DNA of 64,000 nt, from contig OZ252243.1 of assembly GCA_965249555.1 (NCBI GenBank), forward strand, positions 2,144,001 through 2,208,000, written 5' to 3'. This stretch comes from Nitrosopumilus sp. (GTDB lineage: Archaea; Thermoproteota; Nitrososphaeria; Nitrososphaerales; Nitrosopumilaceae). A program made the position numbers and the translations under genes. Under the pieces are notes generated by a model. That model was not told where the DNA came from and made no database searches. It saw only the letters and a list, made by a program, of their open reading frames with translations. Shown here in pieces: positions 51,796 through 63,660 of this stretch; position 1 is the first letter of the stretch, and every line of letters begins with the position of its first letter.

Positions 51796-52872
51796 TTGAA
51801 TAATACAACAACATCAATACTGCTTGCAGTCTTAGCTCTAGGATTAAGTGCAATACCTGCACTTGCAGAGACAGAGATCTTATCACCATTCAAACAATAC
51901 AGTTCGGGAATACCAATAGATGAAATCCAATGTAATGGTTCTAAAATTTTAATGGAATCGCCACGAAACACTCCAGCTTGTGTAACTGAAAACTCGGTAG
52001 ATAGATTGTTGCAAAGGGGATTTAATGTTTTAGTAATTACTGTAATTGCTTCACCTATTGAAGAATTGGATGAAATTACAAGTAATCATACTGCTGAGAC
52101 TTTCATAAAAACACCTATTCTTAATCCTACTAACATTGATGACTTGATACCACAAGATTTTATACTTGATTATACATTAAAAATTCCTGTAGATAATCCT
52201 GATGACTTTGTACAAAAACTGGCAACCTTGCATGATGATGAAATAACAAATAAATTTGTTCATTCTAGTGGTGCAAGATATGATACACAAAGAGGAACAA
52301 TTACGATATATGATGACTATGTTCATGATTTTAAAATTAAATACACTTTCTTTGGAAAAGATAGAATACATCCTGACAAAGCAGAAGAAACAACTATGAA
52401 TTTGCTTAGAGAATTAGGAATTGTACTTGATGGCACAGAAATGTTCAAGTATGAACCAGCACAAACATCCTCATTTACTTATTGGATAGTACAACAAAAA
52501 GATGGTTTCATAATAGACACAAATCAGATTAAAACAACTTTTGATGCAGGATATACGTTTTTTCATATCGGTAATTGGAATACTAATGTTTTAGATTTTG
52601 ACATGTATGATTTTAATAAATCAAAAGAAAATGCTATAAAATATCTTTCTACAATTGACGAACTTGTTGGTGAAAATTGTAATGTAAAATATAAAAAAAG
52701 TTTAGATGATAGTTATAAAAGCATATCAATATTAAATGGGTATCCTGTATACAAGATTTATTCTGGCACTTGTCAAGTTGAATTGTGGGATGGTCATTAT
52801 TATTCATATTATACAGTTATTGATGGACTTTCAGGAGAACCGTTATTTGCTAGAAGTGGGATGATGTTATAA
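51796..52872 (+). CDS. Secreted protein, possible PepSY-like C-terminus
   Basis: Signal peptide, SPFKQ..IQC..TPACV domain, ends VIDGLSGE. Confidence 0.75.
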   Translation: MNNTTTSILLAVLALGLSAIPALAETEILSPFKQYSSGIPIDEIQCNGSKILMESPRNTPACVTENSVDRLLQRGFNVLVITVIASPIEELDEITSNHTAETFIKTPILNPTNIDDLIPQDFILDYTLKIPVDNPDDFVQKLATLHDDEITNKFVHSSGARYDTQRGTITIYDDYVHDFKIKYTFFGKDRIHPDKAEETTMNLLRELGIVLDGTEMFKYEPAQTSSFTYWIVQQKDGFIIDTNQIKTTFDAGYTFFHIGNWNTNVLDFDMYDFNKSKENAIKYLSTIDELVGENCNVKYKKSLDDSYKSISILNGYPVYKIYSGTCQVELWDGHYYSYYTVIDGLSGEPLFARSGMML

Positions 52873-53391
52873 ATGAAAACCATATTATTCTCTTTATTAT
52901 TTTTATTTACTCTATCTGTTGTAACAAGTGAAATTTATGCACAACAAATACCAGGCGAAGATGAATTTACAGACTTTGGACCAGTAGGTACTGCAAATGA
53001 GTTAGATGAAACATGGGACAAAATGGTAATGATTATGGATGGGTTGGATAGTTCTGATGTAGAATTGAATAAGGTTTTTGATGGAATACCAATTACACAA
53101 ATGTATATTGGTAATGAAAAAACCGGACTACATATTGGAATCACAGACGAGTTAGAAGATGAAGAATATTATGACCTCTTATCAAATCTGAAAACAGTTT
53201 TTCCTGACATTACATATACAGTTACTCGTGATGGTTACTTTACTTTTGCCCAATCATCTACAACAGTAATAACAAAAACAACGAGTCCAAATTTACCAAT
53301 TCCTGATAACGGAAGACAACAAAATGCAATTAGTACAAGCCATGATACAATCATCACCACCTCTTGCTCTGATATAATCATCACCATTTAA
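52873..53391 (+). CDS. Secreted hypothetical protein, possibly truncated
   Basis: Signal peptide; coupled to the upstream gene. Confidence 0.6.
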   Translation: MKTILFSLLFLFTLSVVTSEIYAQQIPGEDEFTDFGPVGTANELDETWDKMVMIMDGLDSSDVELNKVFDGIPITQMYIGNEKTGLHIGITDELEDEEYYDLLSNLKTVFPDITYTVTRDGYFTFAQSSTTVITKTTSPNLPIPDNGRQQNAISTSHDTIITTSCSDIIITI

Positions 53392-53393
53392 TG

Positions 53394-56183
53394 CTAAAAT
53401 GAGATCATCGTTTTTAGTGCTCTATATGACACATACAAAATTCCCAATACAAACAATATCCAAAATACTCTTTCAGGTAGCAATTCAGTCCAAAGGGACT
53501 CATCGTATGGAACTAGCTCAATTGCAGTTAGATTATGATTGGTGATTTTTCCACCCCATTGGTTTTGAGCTGTAATGTCTATGGGATTCTCATTTGGCAA
53601 GATTATCATGCATCCGTCATTACAAGATATGTTTTTTGCAGGAGCGTCATTAATTGTTACATTAGTTATTTTTCCAAAATGCAGGTAATATGGAATTGAT
53701 ACTGCAGTAGTTGCACGCTTTATGTCAAGATAGTTATCAGTATGCATGTTCACAGAGTATTCCAGTGGATGTTTCATGTACAGGCCATCAAATGGAATTG
53801 TATTTGTTTTTTGTTTGTCATTTCTGGTTGCAGATATTTCTGCACTGACATAGTATGGCCCTTCAGGAAATACTCTTGGAGATTGGTTGATAAGGTATTG
53901 CACAGGACTATCCAATGATGTGTCATTCCCATACAGATAATTCTCAAACAAATAATCCTGCATCGCCCCATCATAGTAGATGGCAGTCTTGTTGAGCAAA
54001 AACTCACCAGTGTGTGACTGGATGTTTTGCGGCACATTCATCTCATACAGATCAGACAAATGCATGTATGCAAATTCCTCGTCATCATCTTTGTGGTAAT
54101 TCAGATAAAAATCAACCAGACTAATCAAAGTATTTGTGGAATCAGCAAAGTTCACCATACCTATTACCACATCTTCATCTACAAGTGCGACACTAATAGC
54201 ATCATCACAGAATTCCTTCTCACAAGGAATGTTCTCTGAGACATACTTGTATGCAGTCACATTAAATGGTGTGCTAAAAAATCCCCAAGGATACTCGTAT
54301 GTGCCATATGCCAAATAGACTGCATCTTTTCCTCCAAAGTTGGTGCTTCCAAAAGTGTTGTATGAAGTTACGTTGATGAAATTTTTCTCCAAGTAACTAT
54401 CATTAATAGATACATCCAAGAGTAATTGTGAAAATCCGGCAGAATCAATCTGCACATCCTGTATGGTATGATTCATGCTTAGTGTTGGACCTGCAAAGGA
54501 ATCTGCAAGGGTGTGATTTGTAATCATATTTCTTACAGAATCCAAGATACTCATATCTGCAATGCTGGAACCATCTGAGAGAAAAACATCAGGATTGGTG
54601 ACATTAATTATTTTTCCAAAGTTATCGCTTTGAACAAATACACTGTAAATGTCAGTTATCTTTACACGTCTGTCAGGGTATAATCCTGCAGGATCGTCTG
54701 CACATCCGCCAACAGAGCCATCATACTTTATTGCCGCACTGTAACGATTATCAAATGAACTATTACCAGCATCTGCCAAGTATGACCAGAATTGTATTTT
54801 AGAAATTATAGGATCATAGCATACAACAAGTGGAGTTGCAATGGACTGGTATAGTCCTATGTATCTATTCAGATTGTACATTTCAGATTCATGATGTATT
54901 GATGCCAATCCCAACATATCATATGAATAATGAGTAGATATCATATCTCCATTAGTGGTATGATGCGTGCTTGGAGATATCATGCTATCTGACAATTTTA
55001 CATCGCATGAATAGTCATCACATGATGTATGATATATCTCATTTATCGTATTTTGTGTAATGACATTATCAAAGGTAAGTGTACCTGCACGGTTCTCTTT
55101 GAATGGAGCGTCAGGTATACTGTGAATGCCAATCACATCATCCAAATAATATGTACCGTCATTGTTTCTAAAATAAAATCCGTCTGAATCATAGAGTTGC
55201 AAATATTTGAACAAAATATCTCCATATGGGGATAAAATGTTTGGTGAAATGGAATCAGTATCAGTTTTAGTGTAGGATTTGCATTTATCACCATCACAGT
55301 CAAGCCCAGTTCCCCTTACACTGATGCTTATTTTATCTTCAGAGTCTTTTGAGATGCATTGATCAGTTTCAATTGATTCATCGTAATTTATTCCAAGTTT
55401 ATCTAGTTCCTCAAAAAGACATATTTGTTTTGAGTTATCCACATCAGTATTAATTTCAATGTGCCCAAACACACATCCGCTATGTTTGGACAAGTCTGAG
55501 CAATTACTTTTCACAATACTGATGAATTTATCCACAGAATTTCTATCCTCCAAGACATGCTCATCTACTCCTATGCTGTATTGTATCTCATCTTGTACCA
55601 GATGCCATGATTGTGTTACAATTCTGTGCAACGGTTTACAAAAGTAACACGTACTATCAGGTCGAGTCAGTTTGCTCTGTTGTTTAGTAGGAGGTACATC
55701 CTCACGTATTGATATTATGGGGCTTTCTGCCAATATTGGAGTGGATGTATTTTTGCAGTTAGAGCCTGCCCCAATGTAGCACCCCCTCACATCGTGTCCC
55801 AACACCTCATAATAGTGGAACGTCTTTAGATATTTTGGAGTCCATTTGTACAAAATTATAGCATGTGATTTTGGATGTGGGTTATTATCTGAAATTACAA
55901 GGGCAGACTCAAAAGTAAGATTCTCAGAACCGACAAGAGGTTTTAGTGAAAATGATGTGCATGTATCTGTGCCAGAATATTTGAACAGAAAATGAATCGC
56001 ATCTCCAGGGTATACAGAACCGTTTGGATTATTTCTCATATTACCATCATAGAATGTTGGCGAAATGTTATTGATATTATGGATATTTACAGAACATGGC
56101 TTGTCATATACGGCATATGCCATCCCACCAAACATGACACAAAATACACAAAACATTGCAATTCCAAAAACAATTATCTTCAT
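53394..56183 (-). CDS. Large exported, C-terminally anchored Cys-containing protein
   Basis: Signal peptide and C-terminal TM; 929 aa; same strand as the tra genes. Confidence 0.8.
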   Translation of the reverse strand: MKIIVFGIAMFCVFCVMFGGMAYAVYDKPCSVNIHNINNISPTFYDGNMRNNPNGSVYPGDAIHFLFKYSGTDTCTSFSLKPLVGSENLTFESALVISDNNPHPKSHAIILYKWTPKYLKTFHYYEVLGHDVRGCYIGAGSNCKNTSTPILAESPIISIREDVPPTKQQSKLTRPDSTCYFCKPLHRIVTQSWHLVQDEIQYSIGVDEHVLEDRNSVDKFISIVKSNCSDLSKHSGCVFGHIEINTDVDNSKQICLFEELDKLGINYDESIETDQCISKDSEDKISISVRGTGLDCDGDKCKSYTKTDTDSISPNILSPYGDILFKYLQLYDSDGFYFRNNDGTYYLDDVIGIHSIPDAPFKENRAGTLTFDNVITQNTINEIYHTSCDDYSCDVKLSDSMISPSTHHTTNGDMISTHYSYDMLGLASIHHESEMYNLNRYIGLYQSIATPLVVCYDPIISKIQFWSYLADAGNSSFDNRYSAAIKYDGSVGGCADDPAGLYPDRRVKITDIYSVFVQSDNFGKIINVTNPDVFLSDGSSIADMSILDSVRNMITNHTLADSFAGPTLSMNHTIQDVQIDSAGFSQLLLDVSINDSYLEKNFINVTSYNTFGSTNFGGKDAVYLAYGTYEYPWGFFSTPFNVTAYKYVSENIPCEKEFCDDAISVALVDEDVVIGMVNFADSTNTLISLVDFYLNYHKDDDEEFAYMHLSDLYEMNVPQNIQSHTGEFLLNKTAIYYDGAMQDYLFENYLYGNDTSLDSPVQYLINQSPRVFPEGPYYVSAEISATRNDKQKTNTIPFDGLYMKHPLEYSVNMHTDNYLDIKRATTAVSIPYYLHFGKITNVTINDAPAKNISCNDGCMIILPNENPIDITAQNQWGGKITNHNLTAIELVPYDESLWTELLPERVFWILFVLGILYVSYRALKTMISF

Positions 56184-58915
56184 TTCGGTGTGCGGTATGT
56201 TTTGATTATTGAGAGAATTCTGTCTCTTTTGATAAATACAAACATCAACAGTACAATACCTACAACACTTAACACAAGGCCTGAATAGTCTGGTCTGTAT
56301 ACAGCACCAGTTGAAAAGCTCTCAGTTGCAGTAATGATTACAATATCAGAGTATACGTCATATCCTGAAGGCAAATACTCCCAATAGTCAAACACATCAC
56401 GTATCAAAAATCCTACAACATCTCGCGGCGGTGCAGAAATAGTTACAGTTTCGCCATAATCATACACACCGCCACCGTTTGCATTGCCAGTTACAATGTT
56501 GATTACTCTGCCATATGTTACAGAAATATCTGCAGGCACCAAAAGAGAGATATCAATTACTGGGAAATCATACTGTATTCCAGATATGGTAACATGATCA
56601 AAAGAGTATCCAGTAGAGTCAATAATTAGTGATGACTTAAATTCAAAATGCATATCACCGCGAGGAATATCTACATCTCCCGGAGCAGACACCATAACAG
56701 TTTGACCTTTATGTGAAATAGATACAGATGATGGGATTGATACGCCATCAGTTGTAACAGACTGTATGGTTAATGCAATTCCGTCATTGATGTAATAAGA
56801 TGTGTTGGCGTGGTGTGTCTCAAATCCGGGCTTTGAGACTAGAAATGAAACGTCATAATTGCCTAAATAATCAGGGAGTAGTGTTATGTAATCATCATTA
56901 ATGATGTGAGGAATTGACGTTACAACATTAATGGTTGCACCAGATGGAATTGTATAGGGGATGACAAATTCAGAACCAATGCCAATAGAGTCATTTCCTA
57001 ATTCAAAAGATATATCATCATACTCGAATTGATTATTGAAGACAGGTAGTGTCTTTGCTGCAAACCCTATTGCATTCTCAAACAGTATGAATTTCGAATC
57101 AATCTCACATGAAAACAATCCATCCTCATCATCGCATTTGCTTTGAAGATGTTCCCGTATGTCGGATATTGGCTGTCCATCAGAATCAGTCAAAAATGCA
57201 TATGCAGGAAATTTCTCTCCACTGTGAACTGTTTTTGGCATTTGAATATCTATATCAAAACTAGATGTTGGTTTGTAGGAATTGGAAGTTATGATGTCCC
57301 TATCATTTGCAAGTATTGTGATTGTTGGGTATGATATTGCAGACTTTCCCTTGATGATGTTTATTGCCTTATCCAAGTATATTGATTTTTTTGCAAACTG
57401 TATATCATCAGATAGTAACGTAACTTGCAAATCCCCAAATGTAACATGTGGATTGATGACATATCCTGCAGAATCCAACACAGACACTGCAAAGAGCGGC
57501 CTATCCTGTATAGTATCAATGGAAGGGAGAGATTGTATGGACATGTCATATTTTGCAGGAGATGTAATTTGCAGTTCTGTAGTTGCTGTATCTAAAGTGA
57601 CAGTTGAAGATATTGATATTGTGTGATTTCCAAGAACACTGCCGTATATTGGAATTATCTGAGATTGAGTCTGTCTCTGATCATTTTCAAAGTGTATTAG
57701 GTTATCATGAATTAAATTCTGAGATGTTATGAAAAAATCAGTTCCAACATCACCATACGTTGGAAATAGTTTAGAGTTTACGTCCTTGTATAAAGACCAC
57801 ACAAGATATGCAGAATCAGAAGTTATTGTGGGAAAGATATTGGCAACTATGGTGTCAGGCGTATTAACAATCCTCAAGTTTCGAATGTATTGTTCACGTG
57901 ATGTAGGGTGAGAATCACCTACATCACAGCCTGTGTATCCTGCACCAATCAAGTCAATATCACATCCATTCAATAGGGCTTGCTCACTGATGCTTTGTTC
58001 TGAATCAGGCAAGTTACTCACAGATATTGTCTTTGATGCAGTTCCATATCCTGGAACATTTATGGTAATTGATGATTCTCCAGGATCATTTGTGGTTATT
58101 TTTTTCATTAAAAATCCTTCACGCAGATACACTGTATTGGAGGAACCTGAGAATCCATCAATGCCTATTATGTCACCATCAGATACGTGAAGAGTTGATT
58201 TTATTGGAAGTACTGGCTCTAGTGGAACTCCATTCTCAGTAAGCCATACAAACAGATATGCAAATGAATAGGGGGCAATTACATATGGTGCAATGCCAAT
58301 GTGCACCTCTTTTTGTGCCATGGAATAATCAATGTAAACTGTATCAGACGTTGATGAGTCAGTATATGCAGTTATTGTACCATCACCTGCAATGTTTGCA
58401 GAAAAAAATGCATGAGAATTACCTGCAGTAATTTGTAGTTGTTTTGGAACATCAATGTTTTGTGTTGCAAACTTTACAAAAACGTCTTGTTCAGGATATA
58501 TGGGATTAAAAAAATCATCCACCAAAAATACCATTCCCTGCACATCTGATGTTGATGTCTTTTCTGGAAGTAGCAAAAATATGTTGTAATCTTTTTTCTG
58601 GTCTGTTACAATTGATGTTGTGGCATTGTAATAAATATCATCATCATGCGCAATTACTGTGGCATCACCGAATCCATGTAATAGTATATCGAAGATTGCA
58701 TGATTCTGATCAGGTGCCATATACAAAGAATCAGGAACATCAATAATGTCTGAATCAGATACAAGTGTTATGATTTGTGGTTCTTTAGAGTCATCACGGA
58801 TAAACACTCCTCTATAATTTTCAGAGATTAGCATGTCTGATGGAATAAACAGCTCATTAGCATATGCTAATGGTGTAATGGTAAAAAGAAAGAAAAATAG
58901 AACTAGCCTATACAT
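56180..58915 (-). CDS. Large exported beta-rich protein with C-terminal TM anchor
   Basis: Signal peptide from MYRLV; GGGVYDYGETVTISAP..FDYW repeat-like domain; TM helix and basic tail. Confidence 0.8.
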   Translation of the reverse strand: MYRLVLFFFLFTITPLAYANELFIPSDMLISENYRGVFIRDDSKEPQIITLVSDSDIIDVPDSLYMAPDQNHAIFDILLHGFGDATVIAHDDDIYYNATTSIVTDQKKDYNIFLLLPEKTSTSDVQGMVFLVDDFFNPIYPEQDVFVKFATQNIDVPKQLQITAGNSHAFFSANIAGDGTITAYTDSSTSDTVYIDYSMAQKEVHIGIAPYVIAPYSFAYLFVWLTENGVPLEPVLPIKSTLHVSDGDIIGIDGFSGSSNTVYLREGFLMKKITTNDPGESSITINVPGYGTASKTISVSNLPDSEQSISEQALLNGCDIDLIGAGYTGCDVGDSHPTSREQYIRNLRIVNTPDTIVANIFPTITSDSAYLVWSLYKDVNSKLFPTYGDVGTDFFITSQNLIHDNLIHFENDQRQTQSQIIPIYGSVLGNHTISISSTVTLDTATTELQITSPAKYDMSIQSLPSIDTIQDRPLFAVSVLDSAGYVINPHVTFGDLQVTLLSDDIQFAKKSIYLDKAINIIKGKSAISYPTITILANDRDIITSNSYKPTSSFDIDIQMPKTVHSGEKFPAYAFLTDSDGQPISDIREHLQSKCDDEDGLFSCEIDSKFILFENAIGFAAKTLPVFNNQFEYDDISFELGNDSIGIGSEFVIPYTIPSGATINVVTSIPHIINDDYITLLPDYLGNYDVSFLVSKPGFETHHANTSYYINDGIALTIQSVTTDGVSIPSSVSISHKGQTVMVSAPGDVDIPRGDMHFEFKSSLIIDSTGYSFDHVTISGIQYDFPVIDISLLVPADISVTYGRVINIVTGNANGGGVYDYGETVTISAPPRDVVGFLIRDVFDYWEYLPSGYDVYSDIVIITATESFSTGAVYRPDYSGLVLSVVGIVLLMFVFIKRDRILSIIKTYRTPK

Positions 58916-58954
58916 AACAACATAAATTAAAATTGAATTTAAAGAACATAAAAC

Positions 58955-60396
58955 GTATGAATCAAGCACTTAGATGTATTTTGCCATCTCAGAAAACATG
59001 TTCAATTCCCTTATTCTCCATGTCTCAAAGCATGTGAGAAAGACTGAGATCATCCTCATGCCCTGATCACTCTTCATCTGCCCGCGAACATTCCTCTGCA
59101 TCACGCACTTTCGAATGGAATTCTCTGCATCATTGTTAGTTGACGGGACATCGCCATCCATGACAAACGTAAACATGCTGTTCCTTGCAGTCTTTAGCTT
59201 CTTGCCAAACTGAACCATCTCCATATCACCTTTCAAATATCGTGCAATGATACGGTCTAGCTGTTTTAGTAAATCATCCCTGTACGTTTCCCGCCGTTTT
59301 GTATGACGATTACCTACACTCCAAACCCTGGCATGACCTAGCATATCTGAGAGTTTCTCGTATAGAATCCTTGCCTTTTTGTCCTGTGATTTTATTGCCA
59401 GATATTTGGCATCGCGCTGCAGGTGTGCAGTGCATCTCTGCTTTGTGTTATCACAAAATACTGTCCTGTACGGAGCATATCCGTCAGACACTAGGGTTCC
59501 TTTGAATTTCTTCCAGTACTTTTTTAGAACATTGGCACCTCTGCTGTACTCCAAGGCATACTGTGCACTAGTCTTGCTTCTTGCAACCCACATCCATCCA
59601 GTATTTCCATCAATTGAAAATCCTGTCTCATCGATTCCGAGAATATTTTCAGTCACGATTTCGCTGTGGATTGTATTGTAAAATGACTCTAACATCACAC
59701 TACCGTTGCGAAGAATGGATTGTACGGTTGTATTGCTGATTTCTAATCCATATCTTTCATAGAGTGTGGTTCTGATAGCATCGTATGTCAATCTCTTTGA
59801 GAACAGTGAGACGACCTCACGTATCACTGAACCATCAAAACATCCATGTAGTGGAAGGTTTCCCGTGGTTTGAAAATTATCAGAACAGTCCATGCAGATG
59901 TATTGATTCAAAACATGCTCAGTTATACCGTAGGGTGTTGGTGGAGGAATCTCAACCATTATCCTTTTGCAGGTTTTGGTTTGATGAATATTTTCACTAC
60001 CGCATTTGGGACATGCATCTGATCTGTGGTGTTTGGTGCTAGTTGGTCTGAATTTCTGTGTCTTGCCAACGTGTCCTGCTATTCCACCACGTCTTGATTT
60101 GCCTGGCTGTCTGTGTTGTCTTTTTTGCTTTCTCCATTCAAGGGAATTCTTTGATGGCGGAGAGTGTGCATTCTCATAATATGACAGCTTTTTTTGCAGT
60201 TCCTTGTTTGATTCTATGAGATTTTCTATGATTAGCGGTAGTTGTTTTAACTTTTCTTGCAGTTGTTTTATCTCTGCTTGTAGCTGTATGATGATTTTCT
60301 CATGACCACAACCTGACATGTTTTGTATGATGATTTAGTTGATCTTAGATCTTTTTGTGTAATGATATTGATTTGTGCGTGAAGGTTGATACATAC
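58955..60396 (-). mobile_element. IS66-family element, tandem copy 1 (transposase 58970..60319)
   Basis: IS66 motifs, terminal inverted repeats, flanked by cataaaac. Confidence 0.95.
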
Positions 60397-60404
60397 CATA
60401 AAAC

Positions 60405-61846
60405 GTATGAATCAAGCACTTAGATGTATTTTGCCATCTCAGAAAACATGTTCAATTCCCTTATTCTCCATGTCTCAAAGCATGTGAGAAAGACTGAGAT
60501 CATCCTCATGCCCTGATCACTCTTCATCTGCCCGCGAACATTCCTCTGCATCACGCACTTTCGAATGGAATTCTCTGCATCATTGTTAGTTGACGGGACA
60601 TCGCCATCCATGACAAACGTAAACATGCTGTTCCTTGCAGTCTTTAGCTTCTTGCCAAACTGAACCATCTCCATATCACCTTTCAAATATCGTGCAATGA
60701 TACGGTCTAGCTGTTTTAGTAAATCATCCCTGTACGTTTCCCGCCGTTTTGTATGACGATTACCTACACTCCAAACCCTGGCATGACCTAGCATATCTGA
60801 GAGTTTCTCGTATAGAATCCTTGCCTTTTTGTCCTGTGATTTTATTGCCAGATATTTGGCATCGCGCTGCAGGTGTGCAGTGCATCTCTGCTTTGTGTTA
60901 TCACAAAATACTGTCCTGTACGGAGCATATCCGTCAGACACTAGGGTTCCTTTGAATTTCTTCCAGTACTTTTTTAGAACATTGGCACCTCTGCTGTACT
61001 CCAAGGCATACTGTGCACTAGTCTTGCTTCTTGCAACCCACATCCATCCAGTATTTCCATCAATTGAAAATCCTGTCTCATCGATTCCGAGAATATTTTC
61101 AGTCACGATTTCGCTGTGGATTGTATTGTAAAATGACTCTAACATCACACTACCGTTGCGAAGAATGGATTGTACGGTTGTATTGCTGATTTCTAATCCA
61201 TATCTTTCATAGAGTGTGGTTCTGATAGCATCGTATGTCAATCTCTTTGAGAACAGTGAGACGACCTCACGTATCACTGAACCATCAAAACATCCATGTA
61301 GTGGAAGGTTTCCCGTGGTTTGAAAATTATCAGAACAGTCCATGCAGATGTATTGATTCAAAACATGCTCAGTTATACCGTAGGGTGTTGGTGGAGGAAT
61401 CTCAACCATTATCCTTTTGCAGGTTTTGGTTTGATGAATATTTTCACTACCGCATTTGGGACATGCATCTGATCTGTGGTGTTTGGTGCTAGTTGGTCTG
61501 AATTTCTGTGTCTTGCCAACGTGTCCTGCTATTCCACCACGTCTTGATTTGCCTGGCTGTCTGTGTTGTCTTTTTTGCTTTCTCCATTCAAGGGAATTCT
61601 TTGATGGCGGAGAGTGTGCATTCTCATAATATGACAGCTTTTTTTGCAGTTCCTTGTTTGATTCTATGAGATTTTCTATGATTAGCGGTAGTTGTTTTAA
61701 CTTTTCTTGCAGTTGTTTTATCTCTGCTTGTAGCTGTATGATGATTTTCTCATGACCACAACCTGACATGTTTTGTATGATGATTTAGTTGATCTTAGAT
61801 CTTTTTGTGTAATGATATTGATTTGTGCGTGAAGGTTGATACATAC
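60405..61846 (-). mobile_element. IS66-family element, tandem copy 2 (transposase 60420..61769)
   Basis: Same protein; 1450-bp period. Confidence 0.95.
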
Positions 61847-61854
61847 CATAAAAC

Positions 61855-63296
61855 GTATGAATCAAGCACTTAGATGTATTTTGCCATCTCAGAAAACATG
61901 TTCAATTCCCTTATTCTCCATGTCTCAAAGCATGTGAGAAAGACTGAGATCATCCTCATGCCCTGATCACTCTTCATCTGCCCGCGAACATTCCTCTGCA
62001 TCACGCACTTTCGAATGGAATTCTCTGCATCATTGTTAGTTGACGGGACATCGCCATCCATGACAAACGTAAACATGCTGTTCCTTGCAGTCTTTAGCTT
62101 CTTGCCAAACTGAACCATCTCCATATCACCTTTCAAATATCGTGCAATGATACGGTCTAGCTGTTTTAGTAAATCATCCCTGTACGTTTCCCGCCGTTTT
62201 GTATGACGATTACCTACACTCCAAACCCTGGCATGACCTAGCATATCTGAGAGTTTCTCGTATAGAATCCTTGCCTTTTTGTCCTGTGATTTTATTGCCA
62301 GATATTTGGCATCGCGCTGCAGGTGTGCAGTGCATCTCTGCTTTGTGTTATCACAAAATACTGTCCTGTACGGAGCATATCCGTCAGACACTAGGGTTCC
62401 TTTGAATTTCTTCCAGTACTTTTTTAGAACATTGGCACCTCTGCTGTACTCCAAGGCATACTGTGCACTAGTCTTGCTTCTTGCAACCCACATCCATCCA
62501 GTATTTCCATCAATTGAAAATCCTGTCTCATCGATTCCGAGAATATTTTCAGTCACGATTTCGCTGTGGATTGTATTGTAAAATGACTCTAACATCACAC
62601 TACCGTTGCGAAGAATGGATTGTACGGTTGTATTGCTGATTTCTAATCCATATCTTTCATAGAGTGTGGTTCTGATAGCATCGTATGTCAATCTCTTTGA
62701 GAACAGTGAGACGACCTCACGTATCACTGAACCATCAAAACATCCATGTAGTGGAAGGTTTCCCGTGGTTTGAAAATTATCAGAACAGTCCATGCAGATG
62801 TATTGATTCAAAACATGCTCAGTTATACCGTAGGGTGTTGGTGGAGGAATCTCAACCATTATCCTTTTGCAGGTTTTGGTTTGATGAATATTTTCACTAC
62901 CGCATTTGGGACATGCATCTGATCTGTGGTGTTTGGTGCTAGTTGGTCTGAATTTCTGTGTCTTGCCAACGTGTCCTGCTATTCCACCACGTCTTGATTT
63001 GCCTGGCTGTCTGTGTTGTCTTTTTTGCTTTCTCCATTCAAGGGAATTCTTTGATGGCGGAGAGTGTGCATTCTCATAATATGACAGCTTTTTTTGCAGT
63101 TCCTTGTTTGATTCTATGAGATTTTCTATGATTAGCGGTAGTTGTTTTAACTTTTCTTGCAGTTGTTTTATCTCTGCTTGTAGCTGTATGATGATTTTCT
63201 CATGACCACAACCTGACATGTTTTGTATGATGATTTAGTTGATCTTAGATCTTTTTGTGTAATAGTGTTGATTTGTGCGTGAAGGTTGATACATAC
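61855..63296 (-). mobile_element. IS66-family element, tandem copy 3 (transposase 61870..63219)
   Basis: Same protein; slightly different subterminal sequence (aatagtgttg). Confidence 0.95.
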
Positions 63297-63304
63297 CATA
63301 AAAC

Positions 63305-63330
63305 GTATGTATCAAGCACTTTGGATGTAT
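63305..63330. mobile_element. Fourth IS66-type end
   Basis: gtatgtatcaagcactt follows the last cataaaac. Confidence 0.7.
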
Positions 63331-63518
63331 ATCATGGCTCTGGTCAATCTAGGTGATCTGACATAATATAGGGATGCGGATCTCTCTGAATTGAATTTCA
63401 TGCTGAACTTTCCCCATACAGATCACCAAAACTATACAGTACATATTTTGGGAAATTCCGACTTGATAGACGTTATACGAAATCTTTTTCCCATCTTGTG
63501 ATGTATACCTACTGTTGG

Positions 63519-63635
63519 GCCTGAGAGTTGAATGAATACTGCCATGTACAAGGGCGTTTGATAGACTAACTCAAAGTGAGCGGAAAACAAAATACCACAT
63601 AGATGGTGAATGGGAGCATTCCGCTAGATCAGGCA
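63519..63635 (+). ncRNA. IS110 bridge-RNA-like structured region, copy 2
   Basis: Homologous to 27654..27770 with a different loop sequence. Confidence 0.6.
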
Positions 63636-63660
63636 ATTTGATCAAAAAGGAGGTGATAAT

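Noticed and set aside
58916-58969. TTG start of the 929-aa ORF
   Set aside because: It lies inside the IS66 end; the signal peptide begins at ATG 58915.
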